Origin: Auanema rhodensis
Taxonomy: Eukaryota; Animalia; Nematoda
DNA length: 64,000 nucleotides
Direction: 5' to 3'
Assembly (NCBI GenBank): GCA_964057225.1
Contig: OZ059897.1
Coordinates: forward strand, 9,424,001 to 9,488,000
Made by a program: the position numbers and the translations under genes. The notes below the pieces were generated by a model. That model saw only the letters and a list, made by a program, of their open reading frames with translations. It made no database searches and was not told where the DNA came from. Below, in pieces: positions 46,511-59,819 of the stretch (positions within the stretch are counted from its first letter, which is position 1; each line of letters starts with the position of its first letter).

Positions 46511-46927
46511 TGTTACATACATATCTCAAAGGAAAGCAGCTGACCATGGCAGCTGCTATTATTAAACTAATGCAGATAGTTTTTAAGCAATTCTGAGAAT
46601 ATTCTAGATGCACTTTTTATAAGCTTTGTAACAATTTGTGTAAACTGAGTAGGAGTTGTATGGATATATAAACCTGAGTCCTCAAGACTCAGGCATCTCA
46701 TTATCTCATTATCTTACTTTCTCTTTATCTTCTTTATATTCTCTTTCTTAACTCTAGCTTAAATCTTTGTATAATTATATTATAATGCGAACAATAAACC
46801 TTTATACATTTCATCTTTTGTTTCTTATTTCACCTTACATTACACACTTATATTTAAAATCATACTCATCGTCTCATAGTCTGTTTGGATATCTCAACTT
46901 GGAACCATTGAGAATCTAAATGGAACG
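46511..46927 (+). repeat. 3' LTR of the gypsy element
   Basis: Repeat of 34608-35024, preceded by a short purine run GGGGCA and followed by TSD AACA. Confidence 0.96.
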
Positions 46928-49900
46928 AACATTGTTTCAGTTCTTAGAACTCTGTTTAAGTGTTTTCAAACTTTGTATAGATAACAAGAAAAATGAAATG
47001 ATAGAGATAGAACACTTCTAAGATCTCGATCCAAGGTTTTTCTGACGGACTGATCCATTAGAACCAAAGATTACAAGAATTATTCTGATTTCACCTGCAT
47101 AAAGATCCAGTAGAAAATTACCTTTTGCTCTGAACATCTAAATGATTCAATACAATATCAGAAATCACAGCCCGGTTAGCTCAGTCGGTAGAGCACCAGA
47201 CTCTTAATCTGGCTGTCGCGGGTTCGAGCCCCGCATCGGGCTTTAAGTTTTACCTTTTATTTGAAATTATAACGTTTATTTTGAAAATTTATTCCTAACC
47301 TCTTTCTGATCAGATAGAATTCTGTAGATGTAACATTGTTTCAGTTCTTAGAACTCTGTTTAAGTGTTTTCAAACTTTGTAAAGATACCAAGAAAAATGA
47401 AATGATAGAGATAGAACACTTCTAAGATCTTGATCCAAGGTTTTTCTGACGGACTGATCCATTAGAACCAAAGATTACAAGAATTATTCTGATTTCACCT
47501 GCATAAAGATCCAGTAGAAAATTACCTTTTGCTCTGAACATCTAAATGATTCAATACAATATCAGAAATCACAGCCCGGTTAGCTCAGTCGGTAGAGCAC
47601 CAGACTCTTAATCTGGCTGTCGCGGGTTCGAGCCCCGCATCGGGCTTTAAGTTTTACCTTTTATTTGAAATTATAACGTTTATTTTGAAAATTTATTCCT
47701 AACCTCTTTCTGATCAGATAGAATTCTGTAGATGTAACATTGTTTTAGTTCTTAGAACTCTGTTTAAGTGTTTTCAAACTTTGTATAGATAACAAGAAAA
47801 ATGAAATGATAGAGATAGAACACTTCTGAGATCTTGATCCAAGGTTTTTCTGACGGACTGATCCATTAGAACCAAAGATTACAAGAATTATTCTGATTTC
47901 ATCTGCATAAAGATCCAGTAGAAAATTACCTTTTGCTCTGAACATCTAAATGATTCAATACAATATCAGAAATCACAGCCCGGTTAGCTCAGTCGGTAGA
48001 GCACCAGACTCTTAATCTGGCTGTCGCGGGTTCGAGCCCCGCATCGGGCTTTGAGTTTTACCTTTTATTTGAAATTATAACGTTTATTTTGAAAATTTAT
48101 TCCTAACCTCTATCTGATCAGATAGAATTCTGTAGCTGTAACATTGTTTCAGTTCTTAGAACTCTGTTTAAGTGTTTTCAAACTTTGTATAGATAACAAG
48201 AAAAATGAAATGATAGAGATTGAACACTTCTGAGATCTTGATCCAAGGTTTTTCTGACGGACTGATCCATTAGAACCAAAGATTACAAGAATTATTCTGA
48301 TTTCATCTGCATAAAGATCCAGTAGAAAATTACCTTTTGCTCTGAACATCTAAATGATTCAATACAATATCAGAAATCACAGCCCGGTTAGCTCAGTCGG
48401 TAGAGCACCAGACTCTTAATCTGGCTGTCGCGGGTTCGAGCCCCGCATCGGGCTTTGAGTTTTACCTTTTATTTGAAATTATAACGTTTATTTTGAAAAT
48501 TTATTCCTAACCTCTATCTGATCAGATAGAATTCTGTAGCTGTAACATTGTTTCAGTTCTTAGAACTCTGTTTAAGTGTTTTCAAACTTTGTATAGATAA
48601 CAAGAAAAATGAAATGATAGAGATAGAACACTTCTGAGATCTTGATCCAAGGTTTTTCTGACGGACTGATCCATTAGAACCAAAGATTACAAGAATTATT
48701 CTGATTTCATCTGCATAAAAATCCAGTAGAAAATTACCTTTTGCTCTGAACATCTAAATGATTCAATACAATTTTAGAAATCACAGCCCGGTTAGCTCAG
48801 TCGGTAGAGCACCAGACTCTTAATCTGGCTGTCGCGGGTTCGAGCCCCGCATCGGGCTTTAAGTTTTACCTTTTATTTGAAATTATAACGTTTATTTTGA
48901 AATTTCATTTCTAACCTCTTTCTGATCAGATAGTATTCTGTAGCTGTAACATTGTTTCAGTTCTTAGAACTCTGTTTAAGTGTTTTCAAACTTTGTATAG
49001 ATAACAAGAAAAATAAAATGATAGAGATAGAACACTTCTAAGATCTTGATCTAAAATTTTTCTGACGGACTGATCCATTAGAACCAAAGATAACAAGAAT
49101 TATTCTGATTTCACCTGCATAAAGATCCAGTAGAAAATTACGTTAAGCTCTGAACATCTAAATGATTCAATACAATATTAGAAATCACAGCCCGGTTAGC
49201 TCAGTCGGTAGAGCACCAGACTCTTAATCTGGCTGTCGCGGGTTCGAGCCCCGCATCGGGCTTTAAGCTTTACCTTTTATTTGAAATTTGAAAGTTTATT
49301 TTGAAAATTCATTTCTAACCTCTTTCTGATCAGATAGAATTCTGTAGCTGTAACATTGTTTCAGTTCTTAGAACTCTGTTTAAGTGTTTTCAAACTTTGT
49401 ATAGATAACAAGAAAAATGAAATGATAGAGATAGAACACTTCTGAGATCTTGATCCAAGGTTTTTCTGACGGACTGATCCATTAGAACCAAAGATTACAA
49501 GAATTATTCTGATTTCATCTGCATAAAGATCCAGTAGAAAATTACCTTTTGCTCTGAACATCTAAATGATTCAATACAATATCAGAAATCACAGCCCGGT
49601 TAGCTCAGTCGGTAGAGCACCAGACTCTTAATCTGGCTGTCGCGGGTTCGAGCCCCGCATCGGGCTTTGAGTTTTACCTTTTATTTGAAATTATAACGTT
49701 TATTTTGAAAATTTATTCCTAACCTCTTTCTGATCAGATAGATTTCTGTAGATGTAACATTGTTTCAGTTCTTAGAACTCTGTTTAAGTGTTTTCAAACT
49801 TTGTATAGATAACAAGAAAAATGAAATGATAGAGATAGAACACTTCTAAGATCTCGATCCAAGGTTTTTCTGACGGACTGATCCATTAGAACCAAAGATT

Positions 49901-52329
49901 ACAAGAATTATTCTGATTTCACCTGCATAAAGATCCAGTAGAAAATTACCTTTTGCTCTGAACATCTAAATGATTCAATACAATATCAGAAATCACAGCC
50001 CGGTTAGCTCAGTCGGTAGAGCACCAGACTCTTAATCTGGCTGTCGCGGGTTCGAGCCCCGCATCGGGCTTTAAGTTTTACCTTTTATTTGAAATTATAA
50101 CGTTTATTTTGAAAATTTATTCCTAACCTCTTTCTGATCAGATAGAATTCTGTAGATGTAACATTGTTTCAGTTCTTAGAACTCTGTTTAAGTGTTTTCA
50201 AACTTTGTAAAGATACCAAGAAAAATGAAATGATAGAGATAGAACACTTCTAAGATCTTGATCCAAGGTTTTTCTGACGGACTGATCCATTAGAACCAAA
50301 GATTACAAGAATTATTCTGATTTCACCTGCATAAAGATCCAGTAGAAAATTACCTTTTGCTCTGAACATCTAAATGATTCAATACAATATCAGAAATCAC
50401 AGCCCGGTTAGCTCAGTCGGTAGAGCACCAGACTCTTAATCTGGCTGTCGCGGGTTCGAGCCCCGCATCGGGCTTTAAGTTTTACCTTTTATTTGAAATT
50501 ATAACGTTTATTTTGAAAATTTATTCCTAACCTCTTTCTGATCAGATAGAATTCTGTAGATGTAACATTGTTTTAGTTCTTAGAACTCTGTTTAAGTGTT
50601 TTCAAACTTTGTATAGATAACAAGAAAAATGAAATGATAGAGATAGAACACTTCTGAGATCTTGATCCAAGGTTTTTCTGACGGACTGATCCATTAGAAC
50701 CAAAGATTACAAGAATTATTCTGATTTCATCTGCATAAAGATCCAGTAGAAAATTACCTTTTGCTCTGAACATCTAAATGATTCAATACAATATCAGAAA
50801 TCACAGCCCGGTTAGCTCAGTCGGTAGAGCACCAGACTCTTAATCTGGCTGTCGCGGGTTCGAGCCCCGCATCGGGCTTTGAGTTTTACCTTTTATTTGA
50901 AATTATAACGTTTATTTTGAAAATTTATTCCTAACCTCTATCTGATCAGATAGAATTCTGTAGCTGTAACATTGTTTCAGTTCTTAGAACTCTGTTTAAG
51001 TGTTTTCAAACTTTGTATAGATAACAAGAAAAATGAAATGATAGAGATTGAACACTTCTGAGATCTTGATCCAAGGTTTTTCTGACGGACTGATCCATTA
51101 GAACCAAAGATTACAAGAATTATTCTGATTTCATCTGCATAAAGATCCAGTAGAAAATTACCTTTTGCTCTGAACATCTAAATGATTCAATACAATATCA
51201 GAAATCACAGCCCGGTTAGCTCAGTCGGTAGAGCACCAGACTCTTAATCTGGCTGTCGCGGGTTCGAGCCCCGCATCGGGCTTTGAGTTTTACCTTTTAT
51301 TTGAAATTATAACGTTTATTTTGAAAATTTATTCCTAACCTCTATCTGATCAGATAGAATTCTGTAGCTGTAACATTGTTTCAGTTCTTAGAACTCTGTT
51401 TAAGTGTTTTCAAACTTTGTATAGATAACAAGAAAAATGAAATGATAGAGATTGAACACTTCTGAGATCTTGATCCAAGGTTTTTCTGACGGACTGATCC
51501 ATTAGAACCAAAGATTACAAGAATTATTCTGATTTCATCTGCATAAAGATCCAGTAGAAAATTACCTTTTGCTCTGAACATCTAAATGATTCAATACAAT
51601 ATCAGAAATCACAGCCCGGTTAGCTCAGTCGGTAGAGCACCAGACTCTTAATCTGGCTGTCGCGGGTTCGAGCCCCGCATCGGGCTTTGAGTTTTACCTT
51701 TTATTTGAAATTATAACGTTTATTTTGAAAATTTATTCCTAACCTCTATCTGATCAGATAGAATTCTGTAGATGTAACATTGTTTCAGTTCTTAGAACTC
51801 TGTTTAAGTGTTTTCAAACTTTGTATAGATAACAAGAAAAATGAAATGATAGAGATAGAACACTTCTGAGATCTTGATCCAAGGTTTTTCTGACGGACTG
51901 ATCCATTAGAACCAAAGATTACAAGAATTATTCTGATTTCATCTGCATAAAGATCCAGTAGAAAATTACCTTTTGCTCTGAACATCTAAATGATTCAATA
52001 CAATATCAGAAATCACAGCCCGGTTAGCTCAGTCGGTAGAGCACCAGACTCTTAATCTGGCTGTCGCGGGTTCGAGCCCCGCATCGGGCTTTAAGTTTTA
52101 CCTTTTATTTGAAATTATAACGTTTATTTTGAAAATTTATTCCTAACCTCTTTCTGATCAGATAGAATTCTGTAGATGTAACATTGTTTTAGTTCTTAGA
52201 ACTCTGTTTAAGTGTTTTCAAACTTTGTATAGATAACAAGAAAAATGAAATGATAGAGATAGAACACTTCTGAGATCTTGATCCAAGGTTTTTCTGACGG
52301 ACTGATCCATTAGAACCAAAGATTACAAG
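46928..52329 (+). repeat. tRNA-Lys(CTT) array, block 3 (13 copies, 47170 to 52018)
   Basis: 404-bp periodicity. Confidence 0.98.
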
Positions 52330-55062
52330 TGTCACATCTGCAAGCACATGGTAAACATGTGCGCGCTATTCAAATAGCGGGAGCCTGAACAAGCCCCGCC
52401 TACAACATGGGACACACATGGCACTCTTGCTTCTGGCCTAACCCAGATAGGTTGTCTTATAGCCATGTGAGTCTCATCTCTATATCATCTATATCTATAC
52501 TCTATTTAATACTTTATTATATCTCTTTATATTCTTTCTTAATGTAATTCTTATATTGTATTTTCTTGTTATCTGATAATGAATCCTTTTCTCTTTAAGT
52601 ATTTGTCTTAATAAGGAAATCGGGGCGTTCGGGTCTGCCTACCTAAGGAACAAGGTAGAAGTACATATATCTTCCGACCATGAAAAGACGGGAAGAAACA
52701 ATATGTAACGTGGAGGTTCCACCTTGCTTACTTTACTGTTAATTTATTGACATCAAGTACGAGACTTTTGGACTTAATTACCCAACAGTGAGGAGTAACC
52801 GAGCCGTGCACCATGATTTCCCCAAAAATTATTTTGGCTACCACTTCTCCTCCGCTCAACGAAAACTGGGAGGTGTCTGAGACGTTTGGGGAAACTATCA
52901 GACAATAGTTTTGACGAGCGTTACCTTTTTGTTATGCACGCGCGTGCTATTTTGATTCATTACTTTATGATGTGAATGTCCAGTGTGGCAACAGAGCTCA
53001 CTTTTTAGCTGAGTTGTTTGGAAGCTGGAGGCTGTTGGGATAATTTTATTTACGATTTTTTGATTTTGATTCACATCCAAGGGTTCATCAGGGTTCTACT
53101 CCTGTTAACTCTTTTCTTATTAGTTCAGAGATAATAAGAATATTTAAATTCCTACCCACCCAAGTCCACTCTACGTCTGCCAACGTTTCCTTTTTCCTAT
53201 ATTATTGACAGATTACTGAATTTAAATTCCTATATCAATCTTAAATTACCTTCTAAATCTTTTGAAATTAAATTAAAAATTATCTTAATTAAGATTTATT
53301 TTGAAATTCTTTCTACAAATCTTAATAAACTTTATAAAATTGAACTTAATATACGAGATGAGACATTTTTGTTTACTTTAAGCTTACTCACATTCAAATA
53401 GTTGGCCCACGCGTACCAGCTGTTCGGCATGTGTAGTCAATAACAGCTGTTAAAATTCAAAAGTTTTCAAACAGGCTTAAGGCACCATCTGTGATTCCTA
53501 ATTTGTCTCTAAGCTGACATTAGTGATTATAATATTCAAATATCACGACAGACGGTCAATGGTTGTTTACCATAAGCGCTAACATCTGGTGTCGTGACAC
53601 ATGGCTGGAGGCGGAGCTTGAAGCTTCAACGATCCTCCTTCATCAGACGCCATTGTCACAAACGTTTTTACTGGAGTCTAGTTGCTTCCAGTACGCGCTC
53701 TTATATTCATCTAACTGTATTCACCAGCCACCATGTCGGACTCGGACATCAGCGAGGACAACAAAGATTAGGAACAAGGATCACCAGAGCCATACCTTTT
53801 GTATGTCACACAACAACAAAGAAGAATGAACAACGGTACAATACACGAAATAGAACACAAAATAAAGAAATTCAGGTTAATGACTTAGTTATGATAAAAG
53901 TGAATTCTACTCGAAACAAACTAACACCTTCATTCGAAGGGCCTTATTTAGTTACAGCAGTTCAAAGATCTTTCGTCGTGGTTCAAACAGATAAAGGAAA
54001 AAGCAGAAGAGTACACAAGGACTTTGTCAAACCTTACCAACGGACAACATCTATTCCGGTTATCACAATTTCTTGAAGGTAGTTTTTTTTTTAACAAAAT
54101 CAAATTGTTGAAATTTTTTTTTTATTTTATTTTGTGCCATTTCTGATTGTACCACTTCTTTGTTGTTGATTGATTTTCTCTGAGAAGTCTGCTATTGTTT
54201 TACAAAAGTTTGTTTTATTACTCCAACTCTCATTGAGTAGATTTTTTTTTTCAACTCTTGTGAATCTTGCTAATTTTTTATGCTTAATCATTACTTGTAT
54301 TCACCTTATGGACATTAGTCATACGGGTTAAACGAGTTTTCATTTTTTTGTACAGAACGGGCTCGACCTATTCTCAGGGTAACACCGTACCTGTACAACT
54401 CAAGAAAATGAACGACTATATCACAGTCGAATGGTTTAGAAGCAAAGCTCTCGTTTGCAAGCATTTCACTACTCAAGTGAATGGAATAGAATCTATTCGA
54501 TACTACATTTTGAATTCAACAAACTTGAAGAGACAATAGCTAAACTTTCAAATCGTATTGTATACATTATTTTTTATCGACTACACCATGATTTTTTTTT
54601 TCCAACATCCAACTATCTTAAAAAGTGAATTAATTTATTTTGTTTTTGAACGAGGACGTTCAACTTTTTAAGGTGGGGGGATGTCACATCTGCAAGCACA
54701 TGGTAAACATGTGCGCGCTATTCAAATAGCGGGAGCCTGAACAAGCCCCGCCTACAACATGGGACACACATGGCACTCTTGCTTCTGGCCTAACCCAGAT
54801 AGGTTGTCTTATAGCCATGTGAGTCTCATCTCTATATCATCTATATCTATACTCTATTTAATACTTTATTATATCTCTTTATATTCTTTCTTAATGTAAT
54901 TCTTATATTGCATTTTCTTGTTATCTGATAATGAATCTTTTTCTCTTTAAGTATTTGTCTTAATAAGGAAATCGGGGCGTTCGGGTCTGCCTACCTAAGG
55001 AACAAGGTAGAAGTACATATATCTTCCGACCATGAAAAGACGGGAAGAAACAATATGTAACG
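52330..55062 (+). mobile_element. Non-autonomous or internally deleted Ty3/gypsy-type LTR element, copy 1 (2733 bp)
   Basis: 381-bp LTRs at 52330-52710 and 54682-55062 (TGTCAC...GTAACG, 2 mismatches), TSD CAAG, PBS TGGAGGTTCCACC (tRNA-Gln) at 52711-52723, PPT AAGGTGGGGGGA at 54670-54681; no gag or RT. Confidence 0.93.
53594..54076 (+). pseudogene. Remnant of gypsy integrase C-terminus (GPY/F domain); only the last ~90 codons are recognisable
   Basis: RYNTRNRTQNKEIQVNDLVMIK...NKLTPSFEGPYLV...RRVHKDFVKPY aligns by eye with KYDQAHRTKERILDIGDRVFVQ...NKLQIRRDGPYRI...KAHKNNIRYF of the intact element. Confidence 0.8.
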
Positions 55063-57086
55063 CAAGAATTATTCTGATTTCATCTGCATAAAGATCCAGT
55101 AGAAAATTACCTTTTGCTCTGAACATCTAAATGATTCAATACAATATCAGAAATCACAGCCCGGTTAGCTCAGTCGGTAGAGCACCAGACTCTTAATCTG
55201 GCTGTCGCGGGTTCGAGCCCCGCATCGGGCTTTGAGTTTTACCTTTTATTTGAAATTATAACGTTTATTTTGAAAATTTATTCCTAACCTCTATCTGATC
55301 AGATAGAATTCTGTAGCTGTAACATTGTTTCAGTTCTTAGAACTCTGTTTAAGTGTTTTCAAACTTTGTATAGATAACAAGAAAAATGAAATGATAGAGA
55401 TTGAACACTTCTGAGATCTTGATCCAAGGTTTTTCTGACGGACTGATCCATTAGAACCAAAGATTACAAGAATTATTCTGATTTCATCTGCATAAAGATC
55501 CAGTAGAAAATTACCTTTTGCTCTGAACATCTAAATGATTCAATACAATATCAGAAATCACAGCCCGGTTAGCTCAGTCGGTAGAGCACCAGACTCTTAA
55601 TCTGGCTGTCGCGGGTTCGAGCCCCGCATCGGGCTTTGAGTTTTACCTTTTATTTGAAATTATAACGTTTATTTTGAAAATTTATTCCTAACCTCTATCT
55701 GATCAGATAGAATTCTGTAGCTGTAACATTGTTTCAGTTCTTAGAACTCTGTTTAAGTGTTTTCAAACTTTGTATAGATAACAAGAAAAATGAAATGATA
55801 GAGATTGAACACTTCTGAGATCTTGATCCAAGGTTTTTCTGACGGACTGATCCATTAGAGCCAAAGATTACAAGAATTATTCTGATTTCATCTGCATAAA
55901 GATCCAGTAGAAAATTACCTTTTGCTCTGAACATCTAAATGATTCAATACAATATCAGAAATCACAGCCCGGTTAGCTCAGTCGGTAGAGCACCAGACTC
56001 TTAATCTGGCTGTCGCGGGTTCGAGCCCCGCATCGGGCTTTGAGTTTTACCTTTTATTTGAAATTATAACGTTTATTTTGAAAATTTATTCCTAACCTCT
56101 ATCTGATCAGATAGAATTCTGTAGATGTAACATTGTTTCAGTTCTTAGAACTCTGTTTAAGTGTTTTCAAACTTTGTATAGATAACAAGAAAAATGAAAT
56201 GATAGAGATAGAACACTTCTGAGATCTTGATCCAAGGTTTTTCTGACGGACTGATCCATTAGAACCAAAGATTACAAGAATTATTCTGATTTCATCTGCA
56301 TAAAGATCCAGTAGAAAATTACCTTTTGCTCTGAACATCTAAATGATTCAATACAATATCAGAAATCACAGCCCGGTTAGCTCAGTCGGTAGAGCACCAG
56401 ACTCTTAATCTGGCTGTCGCGGGTTCGAGCCCCGCATCGGGCTTTGAGTTTTACCTTTTATTTGAAATTATAACGTTTATTTTGAAAATTTATTCCTAAC
56501 CTCTATCTGATCAGATAGAATTCTGTAGCTGTAACATTGTTTCAGTTCTTAGAACTCTGTTTAAGTGTTTTCAAACTTTGTATAGATAACAAGAAAAATG
56601 AAATGATAGAGATAGAACACTTCTGAGATCTTGATCCAAGGTTTTTCTGACGGACTGATCCATTAGAACCAAAGATTACAAGAATTATTCTGATTTCATC
56701 TGCATAAAGATCCAGTAGAAAATTACCTTTTGCTCTGAACATCTAAATGATTCAATACAATATCAGAAATCACAGCCCGGTTAGCTCAGTCGGTAGAGCA
56801 CCAGACTCTTAATCTGGCTGTCGCGGGTTCGAGCCCCGCATCGGGCTTTAAGTTTTACCTTTTATTTGAAATTATAACGTTTATTTTGAAAATTTATTCC
56901 TAACCTCTTTCTGATCAGATAGAATTCTGTAGATGTAACATTGTTTTAGTTCTTAGAACTCTGTTTAAGTGTTTTCAAACTTTGTATAGATAACAAGAAA
57001 AATGAAATGATAGAGATAGAACACTTCTGAGATCTTGATCCAAGGTTTTTCTGACGGACTGATCCATTAGAACCAAAGATTACAAG
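55063..57086 (+). repeat. tRNA-Lys(CTT) array, block 4 (5 copies, 55159 to 56775)
   Basis: 404-bp periodicity. Confidence 0.98.
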
Positions 57087-59819
57087 TGTCACATCTGCAA
57101 GCACATGGTAAACATGTGCGCGCTATTCAAATAGCGGGAGCCTGAACAAGCCCCGCCTACAACATGGGACACACATGGCACTCTTGCTTCTGGCCTAACC
57201 CAGATAGGTTGTCTTATAGCCATGTGAGTCTCATCTCTATATCATCTATATCTATACTCTATTTAATACTTTATTATATCTCTTTATATTCTTTCTTAAT
57301 GTAATTCTTATATTGTATTTTCTTGTTATCTGATAATGAATCCTTTTCTCTTTAAGTATTTGTCTTAATAAGGAAATCGGGGCGTTCGGGTCTGCCTACC
57401 TAAGGAACAAGGTAGAAGTACATATATCTTCCGACCATGAAAAGACGGGAAGAAACAATATGTAACGTGGAGGTTCCACCTTGCTTACTTTACTGTTAAT
57501 TTATTGACATCAAGTACGAGACTTTTGAACTTAATTACCCAACAGTGAGGAGTAACCGAGCCGTGCACCATGATTTCCCCAAAAATTATTTTGGCTACCA
57601 CTTCTCCTCCGCTCAACGAAAACTGGGAGGTGTCTGAGACGTTTGGGGAAACTATCAGACAATAGTTTTGACGAGCGTTACCTTTTTGTTATGCACGCGC
57701 GTGCTATTTTGATTCATTACTTTATGATGTGAATGTCCAGTGTGGCAACAGAGCTCACTTTTTAGCTGAGTTGTTTGGAAGCTGGAGGCTGTTGGGATAA
57801 TTTTATTTACGATTTTTTGATTTTGATTCACATCCAAGGGTTCATCAGGGTTCTACTCCTGTTAACTCTTTTCTTATTAGTTCAGAGATAATAAGAATAT
57901 TTAAATTCCTACCCACCCAAGTCCACTCTACGTCTGCCAACGTTTCCTTTTTCCTATATTATTGACAGATTACTGAATTTAAATTCCTATATCAATCTTA
58001 AATTACCTTCTAAATCTTTTGAAATTAAATTAAAAATTATCTTAATTAAGATTTATTTTGAAATTCTTTCTACAAATCTTAATAAACTTTATAAAATTGA
58101 ACTTAATATACGAGATGAGACATTTTTGTTTACTTTAAGCTTACTCACATTCAAATAGTTGGCCCACGCGTACCAGCTGTTCGGCATGTGTAGTCAATAA
58201 CAGCTGTTAAAATTCAAAAGTTTTCAAACAGGCTTAAGGCACCATCTGTGATTCCTAATTTGTCTCTAAGCTGACATTAGTGATTATAATATTCAAATAT
58301 CACGACAGACGGTCAATGGTTGTTTACCATAAGCGCTAACATCTGGTGTCGTGACACATGGCTGGAGGCGGAGCTTGAAGCTTCAACGATCCTCCTTCAT
58401 CAGACGCCATTGTCACAAACGTTTTTACTGGAGTCTAGTTGCTTCCAGTACGCGCTCTTATATTCATCTAACTGTATTCACCAGCCACCATGTCGGACTC
58501 GGACATCAGCGAGGACAACAAAGATTAGGAACAAGGATCACCAGAGCCATACCTTTTGTATGTCACACAACAACAAAGAAGAATGAACAACGGTACAATA
58601 CACGAAATAGAACACAAAATAAAGAAATTCAGGTTAATGACTTAGTTATGATAAAAGTGAATTCTACTCGAAACAAACTAACACCTTCATTCGAAGGGCC
58701 TTATTTAGTTACAGCAGTTCAAAGATCTTTCGTCGTGGTTCAAACAGATAAAGGAAAAAGCAGAAGAGTACACAAGGACTTTGTCAAACCTTACCAACGG
58801 ACAACATCTATTCCGGTTATCACAATTTCTTGAAGGTAGTTTTTTTTTTAACAAAATCAAATTGTTGAAATTTTTTTTTTATTTTATTTTGTGCCATTTC
58901 TGATTGTACCACTTCTTTGTTGTTGATTGATTTTCTCTGAGAAGTCTGCTATTGTTTTACAAAAGTTTGTTTTATTACTCCAACTCTCATTGAGTAGATT
59001 TTTTTTTTCAACTCTTGTGAATCTTGCTAATTTTTTATGCTTAATCATTACTTGTATTCACCTTATGGACATTAGTCATACGGGTTAAACGAGTTTTCAT
59101 TTTTTTGTACAGAACGGGCTCGACCTATTCTCAGGGTAACACCGTACCTGTACAACTCAAGAAAATGAACGACTATATCACAGTCGAATGGTTTAGAAGC
59201 AAAGCTCTCGTTTGCAAGCATTTCACTACTCAAGTGAATGGAATAGAATCTATTCGATACTACATTTTGAATTCAACAAACTTGAAGAGACAATAGCTAA
59301 ACTTTCAAATCGTATTGTATACATTATTTTTTATCGACTACACCATGATTTTTTTTTTCCAACATCCAACTATCTTAAAAAGTGAATTAATTTATTTTGT
59401 TTTTGAACGAGGACGTTCAACTTTTTAAGGTGGGGGGATGTCACATCTGCAAGCACATGGTAAACATGTGCGCGCTATTCAAATAGCGGGAGCCTGAACA
59501 AGCCCCGCCTACAACATGGGACACACATGGCACTCTTGCTTCTGGCCTAACCCAGATAGGTTGTCTTATAGCCATGTGAGTCTCATCTCTATATCATCTA
59601 TATCTATACTCTATTTAATACTTTATTATATCTCTTTATATTCTTTCTTAATGTAATTCTTATATTGCATTTTCTTGTTATCTGATAATGAATCTTTTTC
59701 TCTTTAAGTATTTGTCTTAATAAGGAAATCGGGGCGTTCGGGTCTGCCTACCTAAGGAACAAGGTAGAAGTACATATATCTTCCGACCATGAAAAGACGG
59801 GAAGAAACAATATGTAACG
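57087..59819 (+). mobile_element. Non-autonomous Ty3/gypsy-type LTR element, copy 2 (segmental duplicate of copy 1, offset 4757 bp)
   Basis: LTRs at 57087-57467 and 59439-59819; same TSD CAAG, same position in the unit, same two inter-LTR mismatches. Confidence 0.93.
58351..58833 (+). pseudogene. Integrase C-terminal remnant, copy 2
   Basis: Translation identical to 53594-54076. Confidence 0.8.

Larger units (their letters stand above)
34608..46927 (+). mobile_element. Full-length Ty3/gypsy (Metaviridae-like) LTR element with Env inside the Gag-Pol polyprotein
   Basis: 417-bp LTRs identical by eye, 4-bp TSD AACA (34604-34607 and 46928-46931), tRNA-Gln PBS, intact ORF with PR-RT-RH-IN order. 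Confidence 0.97.

Noticed and set aside
53092-53102. B-box-like GGTTCTACTCC in the non-autonomous element
   Set aside because: No A box at a suitable distance and no tRNA-like fold.
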